Shown here: positions 26,198 to 34,264 of the stretch, in pieces
How the letters are laid out: the number at the start of each line of letters is the position of its first letter
Numbering within the stretch: the first letter of the stretch is position 1
From: Vicinamibacterales bacterium
GTDB lineage: Bacteria > Acidobacteriota > Vicinamibacteria > Vicinamibacterales > JAMQPK01
Length of the DNA: 64,000 bases
Direction: 5' to 3'
NCBI GenBank assembly: GCA_963821395.1
Contig: CAWGDY010000027.1
Coordinates: 9,407-73,406 of the forward strand
Notes under the pieces: generated by a model
The model's database searches: none
Told to the model about the DNA's origin: nothing
Seen by the model: the letters and a program-made list of their open reading frames with translations, nothing else
Program-made: the position numbers and the translations under genes

Positions 26198-26539
26198 TCA
26201 GAACGCGAACCCGGCGTTCGGCAGATGCAGGCTCGCGCTGGCCTCGATGCACGCGAACGAGCCGGAGCCGATGAACCGCACCAGGTGCTGGCGACCGGCG
26301 CCGTGCGAGCCGTCGCGCTCGACCTGAATGCAGACGTCGGCGTCCTCGCGGTCGTCGACGCACTGAACGAAGTCGTCTTCAGGGGCGATCGCGTCCCCGA
26401 GTCCGTTTTCGCAGTCGAGAAACACCTTCAGACGGCGGGTGCCTTCCTCGTCATTCGCGGTCGCAAACTGCTGTGCCAGTGCGAGCCATCCCTGGACGAG
26501 GGCCCGAACGGGAGTGGACGTAACGTCAGTGGTCATCAT
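26198..26539 (-). CDS. small acidic hypothetical protein, paralog P3
   Basis: 113 aa from the internal ATG (MMTTDVTSTPVRALVQGWLALAQQF) of ORF 26198..26770. Its stop codon abuts the ADOP stop codon with zero spacing. Confidence 0.7.
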   Translation of the reverse strand: MMTTDVTSTPVRALVQGWLALAQQFATANDEEGTRRLKVFLDCENGLGDAIAPEDDFVQCVDDREDADVCIQVERDGSHGAGRQHLVRFIGSGSFACIEASASLHLPNAGFAF

Positions 26540-26580
26540 GCGGCAAGTTATACCGAACCCCGCATGAGGGCTCGATGAAG
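26540..26580 (-). promoter_or_regulatory. P3 conserved 37-nt box lying 4 nt from the start codon
   Basis: Box at 26544-26580: CAAGTTATACCGAACCCCGCATGAGGGCTCGATGAAG. On the coding strand it reads TATAAC-ttgccgc-ATG, which predicts a leaderless or near-leaderless transcript. The P1/P2 leader hairpin is absent. Confidence 0.55.
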
Positions 26581-26808
26581 AGCCCCAGAGAGTCATCTCC
26601 GGTGATGACTCTGTATCCCTGATGCAGCGGTGTTGTATCCGCACCGCAACGAGCGATACGCGCCGTGAATATCCGAGGCGGCGCAGACAAATCCGACAAT
26701 AGTTCTGAAGCAGGCAGAATTTCTTCCGAAAGCCCGTCCGGTCAATAGGGGATACATACAGTTTTCGCACACAGCGGATCAGGCATGGTGGTTGCTGAAT
26801 GAGACGCC

Positions 26809-29800
26809 ATGCTGACCCCGCTGGGCTTGTTGGGCCCGTCGTCTACCCGTGCGTCTCGATGCTCTTTTATCGGACGGCTGGCTTTCATCATTCAAATTAT
26901 TCTCGGCCCGTTCCTGTGGTCGGACGGCGCCGTCGTCCGCGCGCAGGAGACTTGGACGGTGCTTCCCTCGCTGCCGACGTCGGACGATACGTCGACGACG
27001 GTGCAGTCGAAAGCCTGGTTCCATGGGCACACGTGGTGGGCGGTGCTGTCGAGCAGCACGCCGACGAGCGGGTCGTGGCTGTACAGGCTCGAGTCCAACA
27101 ACACGTGGACGCAGGTGCTGAAGGTATCGTCGATGAAGGGCAAGGCCGACACCAAAGCCAGCGGCGATCTCACTCATATTTTGATCGTCTCCAGCGACGC
27201 GCAGATCGTCACGATTGAGTACGTCCCCGCGCTCCGTACGTATCGACTCTGGCCCGCAAATCCGACTCCGGTGCCGGTGTTCGTCGGGGAAACGGGCTCG
27301 CTCGAAGTGGATTCCACCGGACGACTCTGGCTTGCCACAGATCATTTCAACTGGGTGTACGTCTACTACGCCGACTATCCGTTTTCGACGTTCAACGGTC
27401 CGGTCATCCTGACCGAGGACACCAATCTCGGCGACGTCAATCAAATCGTGGCGTTCCCCAACCACACGATCGGCGTCTTCTGGGGCAACGGCATTTTCGA
27501 GCGGTGGGGATTCAGAGTTCACGTGGACGGCACGGACCCAAACGTCTGGCTCGATGACGAAATGCCGGCAGCGGCGGGCCATGAGAACCTCAACATGGCC
27601 GACGACCACATCAACCTGGCGCTCCGCGCAGACGGCACGTTGTACGCGGCTGTGAAGCCGAAGAACTCATCGAGCGTCGTCCCGCCGTTGTACCTGCTCG
27701 TCCGGCGACCGCAGCCCGGATTGCCCGGCGGTGTCTGGGACAACACGCTCTATCCGGTCGATCCCGTCGCCGCAGGGAGCGAGTCGGGCAGCGGCCGGCG
27801 TCCGCAGGTCGTGCTCGACGAAGACACGAACACATTGCGCGTCTTCTACCACAACTCCTCTGGCGCCGTGTTCTTCCGGGAGTCTGACTCGACCAACATC
27901 AACTTCGGGCCACGCCAGCAGGTGCTGACAAGCGGCTACGAGTACGTCTCCAGCACGAAAGATGCCTGGGCGGGCAGGCTCGTGGTACTTACGACGAACT
28001 CGGGGACAACAGGCGTGCTCATCACGACCAACCCCGGTCTGGTGGGTTACTGGAAGATGGACGATGGGGCGGGCGTGCAGGCACGCGACCTGTCGGGTTG
28101 GGGGAACGACGCGACGCTGTCGGGCACTTCCACATGGACGGCGGGCATCAAAGGGTTCGCACTGAATCTCGACGGTTCCAGCACCTATGGGTCCGTATCC
28201 GATCAGGAAGGACTCGATGCCACGACTGGTCTCACGCTGAGCGCGTGGATCAAGCCGCAGGCGCAGGGCGCGCAGGACGTCATCAGCCGGGCCACGATCG
28301 GAGCGGCCGATGGATACAGCCTGTATCTGAATGCCACGAATGCCACGACCAATCCAGGCAAGGTGATCTTCCAGTTGAACGAAGCGACGTCGGGCAATAC
28401 ATTCCGCGTCAATTCGGACACGAGCTATCCATCCAACGGCAGCACGTGGATGCACGTGGCGGCAACCTACGACGGCACCGCGATGCGCATGTACATCAAC
28501 GGCGTCGAAGAAGCGTCGAGCCTCGGCCCGCCGTCGATTGTCGCCAATGCGATCGCCGTCGGCATCGGTGCACAGGCCAACGGCAGCCGCAAGTTCCGCG
28601 GACACATGGACGAAGTGCGGATCTACCGGCACGCGCTGACGGCCGCGGAAATCACGGATCTGGCAAGCGTGCCTCATGCAGATCTGAGCATCACGAAGAC
28701 CGATGGTGTTTCGAACGTCACCGTGGGACAGCAGACGACGTACACCATTCAGGCCATGAACTCCGGCCCGGAAGATGTGCTGGCGATCGTCTCCGATCCA
28801 CTGCCGAGCCGACTGACGGGAGCGACGTGGACGTGCGTCGGCACAAATGGTGGCTCGTGTACGGCAAACGGCACGGGCAGCATCAACGACGTGGTGGACC
28901 TTCCGGTGGGCGGCAGCGTCTGGTACACACTGCAAGCGAGTGTGACACCCGGCTCGAGCACGCCGCTTCTCAACACCGCAACGGTTTCGCCCAACGGCAT
29001 CGATGCGGCGCCGGGCAACAACAGCGCGACCGACACCGACACCATTCTGCAGCCTGTTTCTCCGGTGATTACGACGCAGCCTGCCAGCGTGTCGGTGACG
29101 GCACCGTCTGCGGCCACGTTCTCGGTCGTGGCGAGCGGGGCCTCGCCGATGACATATCAGTGGCGGCGAAACGGCAGCGTCATATCGGGCGCCACCAGCT
29201 CGAGCTACACGATCAATCCCACCGCGGTTGCCCTCAGCGGCTCCTCGTTCACGGTCACGGTCTCGAACGCCGGTGGCAGCGCGACGAGCACCGCGGCCAT
29301 CCTGACGGTGAACGCGGCACCGGTTCCGCCCAGTATCACCACGCAGCCGGCCAGCGCGTTCGCCATCGAGCCGGGCGGCGCGACGTTCTCTGTCGTCGCC
29401 ACCGGCACGTCGCCGCTGAGTTACCAGTGGCGGCGCAACGGCACCGCGATTCCCGGAGCGACCAGCGCCAGCTACACGCTCAACTCGACATCAGGGGCCG
29501 ACAGCGGCGCCTCGTTCACCGTGGTGGTGTCCAACAGCGTTGGCTCGGCCACCAGCTCGGCTGCAATTCTCACCGTCTTCGGCAGTGGCAGCGCGACGCT
29601 GCTCGAGGCCCATTTCGACAGCGGCCCCGACGGATTCACGTACGCAGACGATCTGTTCCGCGGCACGAACCAGGCGCAATACGCGAGTGGTGCCCACATC
29701 GCCAGCGGCGGCTATACGGGCGGCGCCCTCCGAGTTCAGGTCGGCGGCGTCAACAGCCAGAACGCTCAGAACATGTCTGGTGGATGGCAGACCAGCTTCA

Positions 29801-32800
29801 CGCTCGCCGGGCCGACACCGATGTTTCTGCTGTTCCGGCACCGGTTGACGGAAGAGAACACGTACGAGAGCGACGAGTACACCGAGATGTTGGTGAGCTT
29901 CGATGGCGTCCTGCGTGGGTTGTCGCCCAACGATTACATCGCCAGGGTCGTTGGAGGCGGACCGACGACGACGGGTTGGCAGCTCGTGCAGATTGATCTC
30001 GGCCTGGTGTCGGCCGGCTCGCACGTGCTGGCGCTTGGCGCCTACAACAACCAGAAGACCTATCCCAACGAGTTTGCCGAAGTGTTGATCGATGACCTGA
30101 TGCTGCAGGTGGCCGGGCCTTCTTCGACGCCGCCGAGCATCACGACACCTCCCGCGAATCTGACGGTGACCTCGCCGGCGCAGGCGACGTTCTCTGTCGT
30201 GGCCAGTGGGACGGCGCCGCTGAGTTACCAGTGGCGGCGCAACAGTGTCGCGATCGCCGGGGCCACCAGCGCCAGCTACACGCTCACACCGACGGCGGTG
30301 TCCGACAGCGGCGCGGCGTTCGACGTCGTCGTCACGAATAGCGCGGGCAATGCGACCAGCTCATCCGCCACGCTGACCGTGAACTCGGCAGCCGTGGGAC
30401 CGACGATCACCGCACCGCCTGCTAACGTGACGGTGACGGCGCCGGCGCAAGCCGCGTTCTCCGTCGTCGCGACGGGCACGGCGCCGCTGAGCTATCAGTG
30501 GCGGCGCAACGGTACGGCAATCCCGGGTGCGACGAGCGCCAGCTACGTGCTGAACCCCACAGCGGTGAGCGATAACGGCGCGTTGTTCAGCGTCGTTGTC
30601 TCGAACAGCGTGAACTCGGTCACTAGCGCGGCCGCCACGTTGACCGTGAATGGGGCGGCGGTCGCCCCGAGCATCACGACGCCGCCTGCCAACTTGACGG
30701 TGACCGCTCCGGCATCAGCGTCTTTCTCCGTCGTTGCGACGGGCACAGCGCCGCTGAGCTATCAGTGGCGGCGCAACGGCACGGCGATCCCGGGCGCAAC
30801 AAGCGCCAGCTATGTGCTCAACCCGACGGCGGTGAGCGACAGCGGCGCGCAGTTCAGCGTCTCCGTCTCGAACAGCGTGAACACGGTCACCAGTGCGGCC
30901 GCCACGCTGACCGTGCTCAACGGTGGAGGCGGCGGAGGTTCGACGATCTTCGAGGCGCACTTCGATGCGGGGGCGGACGGCTTTGCCTACGCCGACGATC
31001 TGTTCCGTGCAACCACGCAGCCGAACTACGCCAGCGGCGCGCAGCTCGGCAGCGGCGGGTTTACGGGCGGAGGCCTCCAGGTTCTCCTTGGCGGCATCAA
31101 TGGTTCGAATATTCAGAAGATGTCGGGCGGCTGGCAGAGCAGCTTCACGCTGGCGACTGCTGGTCCGACGACGCTGACGTTCCGGTACAAGCTCGGTATC
31201 ACGGCCCTCAGAAGCGACAGGTACGGCCAGATGCTGGTCAGCCTGAACGGCGTCCTCTACGGCGTGCCGCCCAATACGTATGTGGCACAACTCCTCGGTG
31301 GCCTCGGTGGCGTCACAGCCACGACGGGATGGCAGCAGGCGCAGATCGATCTTGGCTCGCTCCCGGCCGGCACCCACACGCTGGCGCTCGGGGGGTACCT
31401 CAGCGGGAAGAGCGCGTCCGGCGAAACGTCGGACGTCGTCATCGACGACGTCGTGGTGCAGAACGGTTCGGCTGGTCCGGTACCACCGAGCATTACAACG
31501 CCGCCCGCCAACGTCACCGTGACGGCGCCGGCGCAGGCGTCCTTCTCCGTCGTCGCAACGGGCACGGCGCCGCTGAGTTATCAGTGGCGGCGGAATGGCA
31601 CCACCATCCCTGGTGCGACGAGCGCCAGCTACGTGCTGGATCCGACGGCTGAGAGCGACAACGGCGCGCAGTTCAGCGTCGATGTGTCGAACAGCGTGAG
31701 CACGGTGACGAGCGCGGCGGTTACGCTGACGGTGAATGGGGCAGCGGTGGCGCCGAGTATCACCACCCAGCCCGCCAACGTGACGGTGACGGCGCCGGCG
31801 CAGGCGTCCTTCTCCGTCGTCGCGACGGGCACCGGGCCGCTGAGCTATCAGTGGCGGCGCAACGGCACGGCCATCCCTGGTGCGACGAGTGCCAGCTACG
31901 TGCTGGACCCGACGGCCGTGGGCGATGGCGGCGCGCTGTTCCGCGTCGATGTGTGGAACAGTGTGGACATCGTGACCAGCTCGGCGGCGACGTTGACCGT
32001 GAATGCGGCAGCGGTGGCACCGAACATCACCACACCGCCCGCAAATGTGACGGTAACGGCACCCGCGCAAGCGACGTTCTCTGTCGTCGCGACGGGCACG
32101 GCACCGCTGAGCTATCAGTGGCGGCGCAACGGCACGGCGATCCCTGGTGCGACGAGCGCGAGCTACGCGTTGAACCCGACAGCGGTGGGCGAGAACGGCG
32201 CGCAGTTCAGCGTCGATGTCTCCAACAGCGTGAACACGGTCACCAGCGCGGCCGCCACACTGACCGTACTCAACGGTGGTGGCGCCAATCTTCTCGACGC
32301 CAACTTCGATACGGGCACGGACGGCTTTGCCTACGCCGACGATCTGTTCCGTGCAACCACGCAGCCGAACTACGCCAGTGGCGCGCAGCTTGGCAGCGGC
32401 GGGTTTGCCGGCGGAGGCCTGCAGGTCCTCCTCGGCGGCATCAACGGCTCCAATATTCAGAAGATGTCAGGCGGCTGGCAACGCAGCTTCTCGCTCGCGA
32501 GCGCCGGAACGGCAACGCTGTCGTTCCGGTACAAGCTCAGTGCGACGAGCCTCAAGAGCGACAGGTTCGGCCAGATGCTGGTGAGCGTCAACGGCGTCCT
32601 CTACGGCGTGCCGCCAAACGCCTACGTGGCGCAGGTGCTCGGTGGCCTGGGCGGCGTCAGTTCCACGACCGGGTGGCAGCAGGTGACGATCACTCTCGGA
32701 CCGCTCCCGGCGGGCACCAACGTGCTGGCGCTCGGCGGCTATCTCAGCGGAAAGAGCGCGTCCGGCGAGGTCGTGGAGGTCCTGGTCGATGAAGTGGTGG

Positions 32801-32811
32801 TGACGCAGTAG
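26809..32811 (+). CDS. giant secreted multidomain protein: N-terminal propeller-like region, LamG, DUF11-like repeat domain, 8 Ig-like repeats interleaved with 3 copies of an unassigned ~175-aa module
   Basis: Intact 2000-aa ORF with a signal-like N-terminus (RLAFIIQIILGPFLWSDGAVVRAQE). LamG segment: WKMDDGAGVQARDLSGWGNDATLSG...LTLSAWIKP...GHMDEVRIYRHALTAAEI. DUF11-like segment: ADLSITKTDGVSNVTVGQQTTYTIQAMNSGPEDV. Ig units: PPSITT.PANVTVTAPAQA.FSVVATGTAPLSYQWRRNGTAIPGATSASY. Confidence 0.9.
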   Translation: MLTPLGLLGPSSTRASRCSFIGRLAFIIQIILGPFLWSDGAVVRAQETWTVLPSLPTSDDTSTTVQSKAWFHGHTWWAVLSSSTPTSGSWLYRLESNNTWTQVLKVSSMKGKADTKASGDLTHILIVSSDAQIVTIEYVPALRTYRLWPANPTPVPVFVGETGSLEVDSTGRLWLATDHFNWVYVYYADYPFSTFNGPVILTEDTNLGDVNQIVAFPNHTIGVFWGNGIFERWGFRVHVDGTDPNVWLDDEMPAAAGHENLNMADDHINLALRADGTLYAAVKPKNSSSVVPPLYLLVRRPQPGLPGGVWDNTLYPVDPVAAGSESGSGRRPQVVLDEDTNTLRVFYHNSSGAVFFRESDSTNINFGPRQQVLTSGYEYVSSTKDAWAGRLVVLTTNSGTTGVLITTNPGLVGYWKMDDGAGVQARDLSGWGNDATLSGTSTWTAGIKGFALNLDGSSTYGSVSDQEGLDATTGLTLSAWIKPQAQGAQDVISRATIGAADGYSLYLNATNATTNPGKVIFQLNEATSGNTFRVNSDTSYPSNGSTWMHVAATYDGTAMRMYINGVEEASSLGPPSIVANAIAVGIGAQANGSRKFRGHMDEVRIYRHALTAAEITDLASVPHADLSITKTDGVSNVTVGQQTTYTIQAMNSGPEDVLAIVSDPLPSRLTGATWTCVGTNGGSCTANGTGSINDVVDLPVGGSVWYTLQASVTPGSSTPLLNTATVSPNGIDAAPGNNSATDTDTILQPVSPVITTQPASVSVTAPSAATFSVVASGASPMTYQWRRNGSVISGATSSSYTINPTAVALSGSSFTVTVSNAGGSATSTAAILTVNAAPVPPSITTQPASAFAIEPGGATFSVVATGTSPLSYQWRRNGTAIPGATSASYTLNSTSGADSGASFTVVVSNSVGSATSSAAILTVFGSGSATLLEAHFDSGPDGFTYADDLFRGTNQAQYASGAHIASGGYTGGALRVQVGGVNSQNAQNMSGGWQTSFTLAGPTPMFLLFRHRLTEENTYESDEYTEMLVSFDGVLRGLSPNDYIARVVGGGPTTTGWQLVQIDLGLVSAGSHVLALGAYNNQKTYPNEFAEVLIDDLMLQVAGPSSTPPSITTPPANLTVTSPAQATFSVVASGTAPLSYQWRRNSVAIAGATSASYTLTPTAVSDSGAAFDVVVTNSAGNATSSSATLTVNSAAVGPTITAPPANVTVTAPAQAAFSVVATGTAPLSYQWRRNGTAIPGATSASYVLNPTAVSDNGALFSVVVSNSVNSVTSAAATLTVNGAAVAPSITTPPANLTVTAPASASFSVVATGTAPLSYQWRRNGTAIPGATSASYVLNPTAVSDSGAQFSVSVSNSVNTVTSAAATLTVLNGGGGGGSTIFEAHFDAGADGFAYADDLFRATTQPNYASGAQLGSGGFTGGGLQVLLGGINGSNIQKMSGGWQSSFTLATAGPTTLTFRYKLGITALRSDRYGQMLVSLNGVLYGVPPNTYVAQLLGGLGGVTATTGWQQAQIDLGSLPAGTHTLALGGYLSGKSASGETSDVVIDDVVVQNGSAGPVPPSITTPPANVTVTAPAQASFSVVATGTAPLSYQWRRNGTTIPGATSASYVLDPTAESDNGAQFSVDVSNSVSTVTSAAVTLTVNGAAVAPSITTQPANVTVTAPAQASFSVVATGTGPLSYQWRRNGTAIPGATSASYVLDPTAVGDGGALFRVDVWNSVDIVTSSAATLTVNAAAVAPNITTPPANVTVTAPAQATFSVVATGTAPLSYQWRRNGTAIPGATSASYALNPTAVGENGAQFSVDVSNSVNTVTSAAATLTVLNGGGANLLDANFDTGTDGFAYADDLFRATTQPNYASGAQLGSGGFAGGGLQVLLGGINGSNIQKMSGGWQRSFSLASAGTATLSFRYKLSATSLKSDRFGQMLVSVNGVLYGVPPNAYVAQVLGGLGGVSSTTGWQQVTITLGPLPAGTNVLALGGYLSGKSASGEVVEVLVDEVVVTQ
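29590..30108 (+). repeat. Y module copy 1 (unassigned ~175-aa domain)
   Basis: LLEAHFDSGPDGFTYADDLFRGTNQAQYASGAHIASGGYTGGALRVQVGGVNSQNAQNMSGGWQTSFTL...VLIDDLMLQ. Confidence 0.8.
30940..31460 (+). repeat. Y module copy 2
   Basis: STIFEAHFDAGADGFAYADDLFRATTQPNYASGAQLGSGGFTGGGLQVLLGGINGSNIQKMSGGWQSSFTL...VVIDDVVVQ. By eye it is about 90% identical to copy 3 at DNA level. Confidence 0.85.
32284..32808 (+). repeat. Y module copy 3 (C-terminal end of the protein)
   Basis: ANLLDANFDTGTDGFAYADDLFRATTQPNYASGAQLGSGGFAGGGLQVLLGGINGSNIQKMSGGWQRSFSL...VLVDEVVVTQ. Confidence 0.85.
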
Positions 32812-32876
32812 AGTCCCGGAGTCTGGAAGAGTCCGGAGAGTCGGAAGAGTCGGGGAGAGGGGAGAGTCGAGGAGTC
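32811..32876 (+). repeat. purine-rich array with 7 GAGTC words
   Basis: GAGTC occurs at 32811, 32819, 32829, 32838, 32847, 32864 and 32872. The array starts inside the stop codon of the 2000-aa gene. Confidence 0.85.
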
Positions 32877-32881
32877 GACCT

Positions 32882-33105
32882 ATCCTGGAAGGCTGTCGGG
32901 TTGACGTCGATGCAGCGCAAATCCGTACAAGGCGGCCGACATGATGCGCCTGACCGCGCGAGAAGCCCGTTGGGCCTCGAGCGAGGTTGACTGAGCGACG
33001 TCGGGGACCTCGCGTCGAGCGGTCGACGTCGGCCTCGCAGCGCGGTCCGGCCCCGGAGCTCCGGATTTGCGAGGCAGCGACGTCAACCCGACAGCCTTCC
33101 AGGAT
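32882..33105. repeat. ~224-nt imperfect palindromic intergenic element, copy A
   Basis: The terminal 28-nt arms are perfectly inverted: ATCCTGGAAGGCTGTCGGGTTGACGTCG ... CGACGTCAACCCGACAGCCTTCCAGGAT. The interior is homologous to 63551-63750 (for example GGCGGCCGAC..GCCTGACCG.GCGAGAAGCC...GGGCCTCGAGCGAGG...CCTCGCGTCGAGCGGTCG...CGGCCTCGCAGC.CG.GTCCGGCCCCGGAGCT.CGGATT). Confidence 0.8.
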
Positions 33106-33593
33106 TAGCAATCGAAACGCTTCGTGAGGACTTCCGCGTGGTTGCCGAACCCCGCACGGGCGTAGAGGTCCTTCGCCGTGCGGTTCGCGCTCAGGACGCC
33201 GATCCGTAACTCGGTGGCGCCGCAGTCGCGGGCGAATCGTTCGGCGGCGTCCAGGAGCGCGCGACCGTATCCATGCCGGCGGAAGCGCTCGAGCACCACG
33301 AGATCGGTGATGAGCGCGAACTCGCCGGGCGGATCGTCGAGCTCGAGGAACGGCATGCGCGCAAGCACTGTGGTGAATCCCGCCACCACGTTCGCGCACT
33401 CGGCGACGAACACGCGGCCGGTGTAGTCGTTGCAGCGCGCCAGCGTCTGCGCGAGATACTCGGCCGCCATCGACGAGCCGGGCCTGAGACGAGGATCGAT
33501 CCGGCGCTCGTAATCCTGCAGCTCGACGATGCATGCTTCGATCGCGCGCGCATCGGCCGCACGAAACTCCCGGATCACCGCGTCGTGATTCAT
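33105..33593 (-). CDS. GNAT-family N-acetyltransferase
   Basis: 162 aa from the internal ATG (MNHDAVIREFRAADARAI). The acetyl-CoA binding motif is LVVLERFRRHGYGRALLDAAERFARDCG. Confidence 0.85.
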   Translation of the reverse strand: MNHDAVIREFRAADARAIEACIVELQDYERRIDPRLRPGSSMAAEYLAQTLARCNDYTGRVFVAECANVVAGFTTVLARMPFLELDDPPGEFALITDLVVLERFRRHGYGRALLDAAERFARDCGATELRIGVLSANRTAKDLYARAGFGNHAEVLTKRFDC

Positions 33594-33760
33594 CGCTTGT
33601 CGCGCGACGTTCGCACGCCTCATGCTCACAACTGCACTGGCCGTCGTACGTTCGCGAACAAATCTTGACACAGGTTGACGGGGGCAGTTTCGGTCGCGGA
33701 TAATTTGCGTCTGCGCGTCGTCCCTCGCGCGATCACCGCGAACAACACTGGTACTTCAAG

Positions 33761-33970
33761 ATGCCCACGCGTCTTCCGCCGTGCCCGCATTGCCACGACA
33801 ATCTCTTTGTCCGCGTTGAATGGGTGCTCTCTGGCCGCCGGGTCAGCAGCGCGTATCATTGCGGCCGTTGCAATCACGAATGGCGGGTCGACACGGCGCC
33901 GCCGGAGCGCCCGGGCGAGCGCCGCGGCGCCGACCGGCGCCGCCAGCTTCGCGTGGAAGTGAAAGCTTAG
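33761..33970 (+). CDS. small zinc-ribbon-like protein with an Arg-rich tail (hypothetical)
   Basis: 69 aa. Two Cys pairs (CPHC ... CGRC) are followed by the tail ERRGADRRRQLRV. GC3 is high, but there is no clear SD. Confidence 0.4.
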   Translation: MPTRLPPCPHCHDNLFVRVEWVLSGRRVSSAYHCGRCNHEWRVDTAPPERPGERRGADRRRQLRVEVKA

Positions 33971-33980
33971 GGTGTGAGGC

Positions 33981-34229
33981 TCAGGCGCGAGCGCGATTCT
34001 GTCGAACCACGACGAAGTCGCTCACTTCCCACGTAAAGGGTGGCTTCGCGCGCCGATCGGTGGTGCGCCGGTCGCCCCGTACCTCGCTCGATTCCGCACG
34101 CCGGTCCTGCTGGCGGCGATCCCATGACACGTTCACGGGCAGTTCGGCGGCCTTCTGTTTGAGCTTGTGAAACCGGCGGAGCGCGCCCCGCCGTACGATG
34201 AGGTCTACATCCGGTTTTCGCGTCCCCAT
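33981..34229 (-). CDS. small Arg-rich hypothetical protein with DRR repeats
   Basis: 82 aa from the internal ATG (MGTRKPDVDLIVRRGALRRF...). It contains WDRRQQDRRAESSEVRGDRRTTDRRAKPPFTW. GC3 is high. Confidence 0.35.
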   Translation of the reverse strand: MGTRKPDVDLIVRRGALRRFHKLKQKAAELPVNVSWDRRQQDRRAESSEVRGDRRTTDRRAKPPFTWEVSDFVVVRQNRARA

Positions 34230-34264
34230 GGCAGATGTATCGGCCGCACCCGCGGTTCCCTTAA

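Larger units (their letters stand above)
29059..32275 (+). repeat. 8 Ig-like coding repeats (~267 bp each) arranged 2+3+3 between the Y modules (approximate bounds)
   Basis: Blocks lie at about 29059-29589 (2 units), 30130-30925 (3 units) and 31485-32275 (3 units). All carry the SYQWRRNG signature. Confidence 0.8.

Noticed and set aside
33105-33593. GNAT gene considered as the toxin of a GNAT/RHH toxin-antitoxin pair
   Set aside because: There is no upstream co-oriented small antitoxin gene (DUF1778/RHH type). The neighbouring small ORFs are divergent or convergent and separated from it. The sequence looks like an ordinary RimI-type acetyltransferase.
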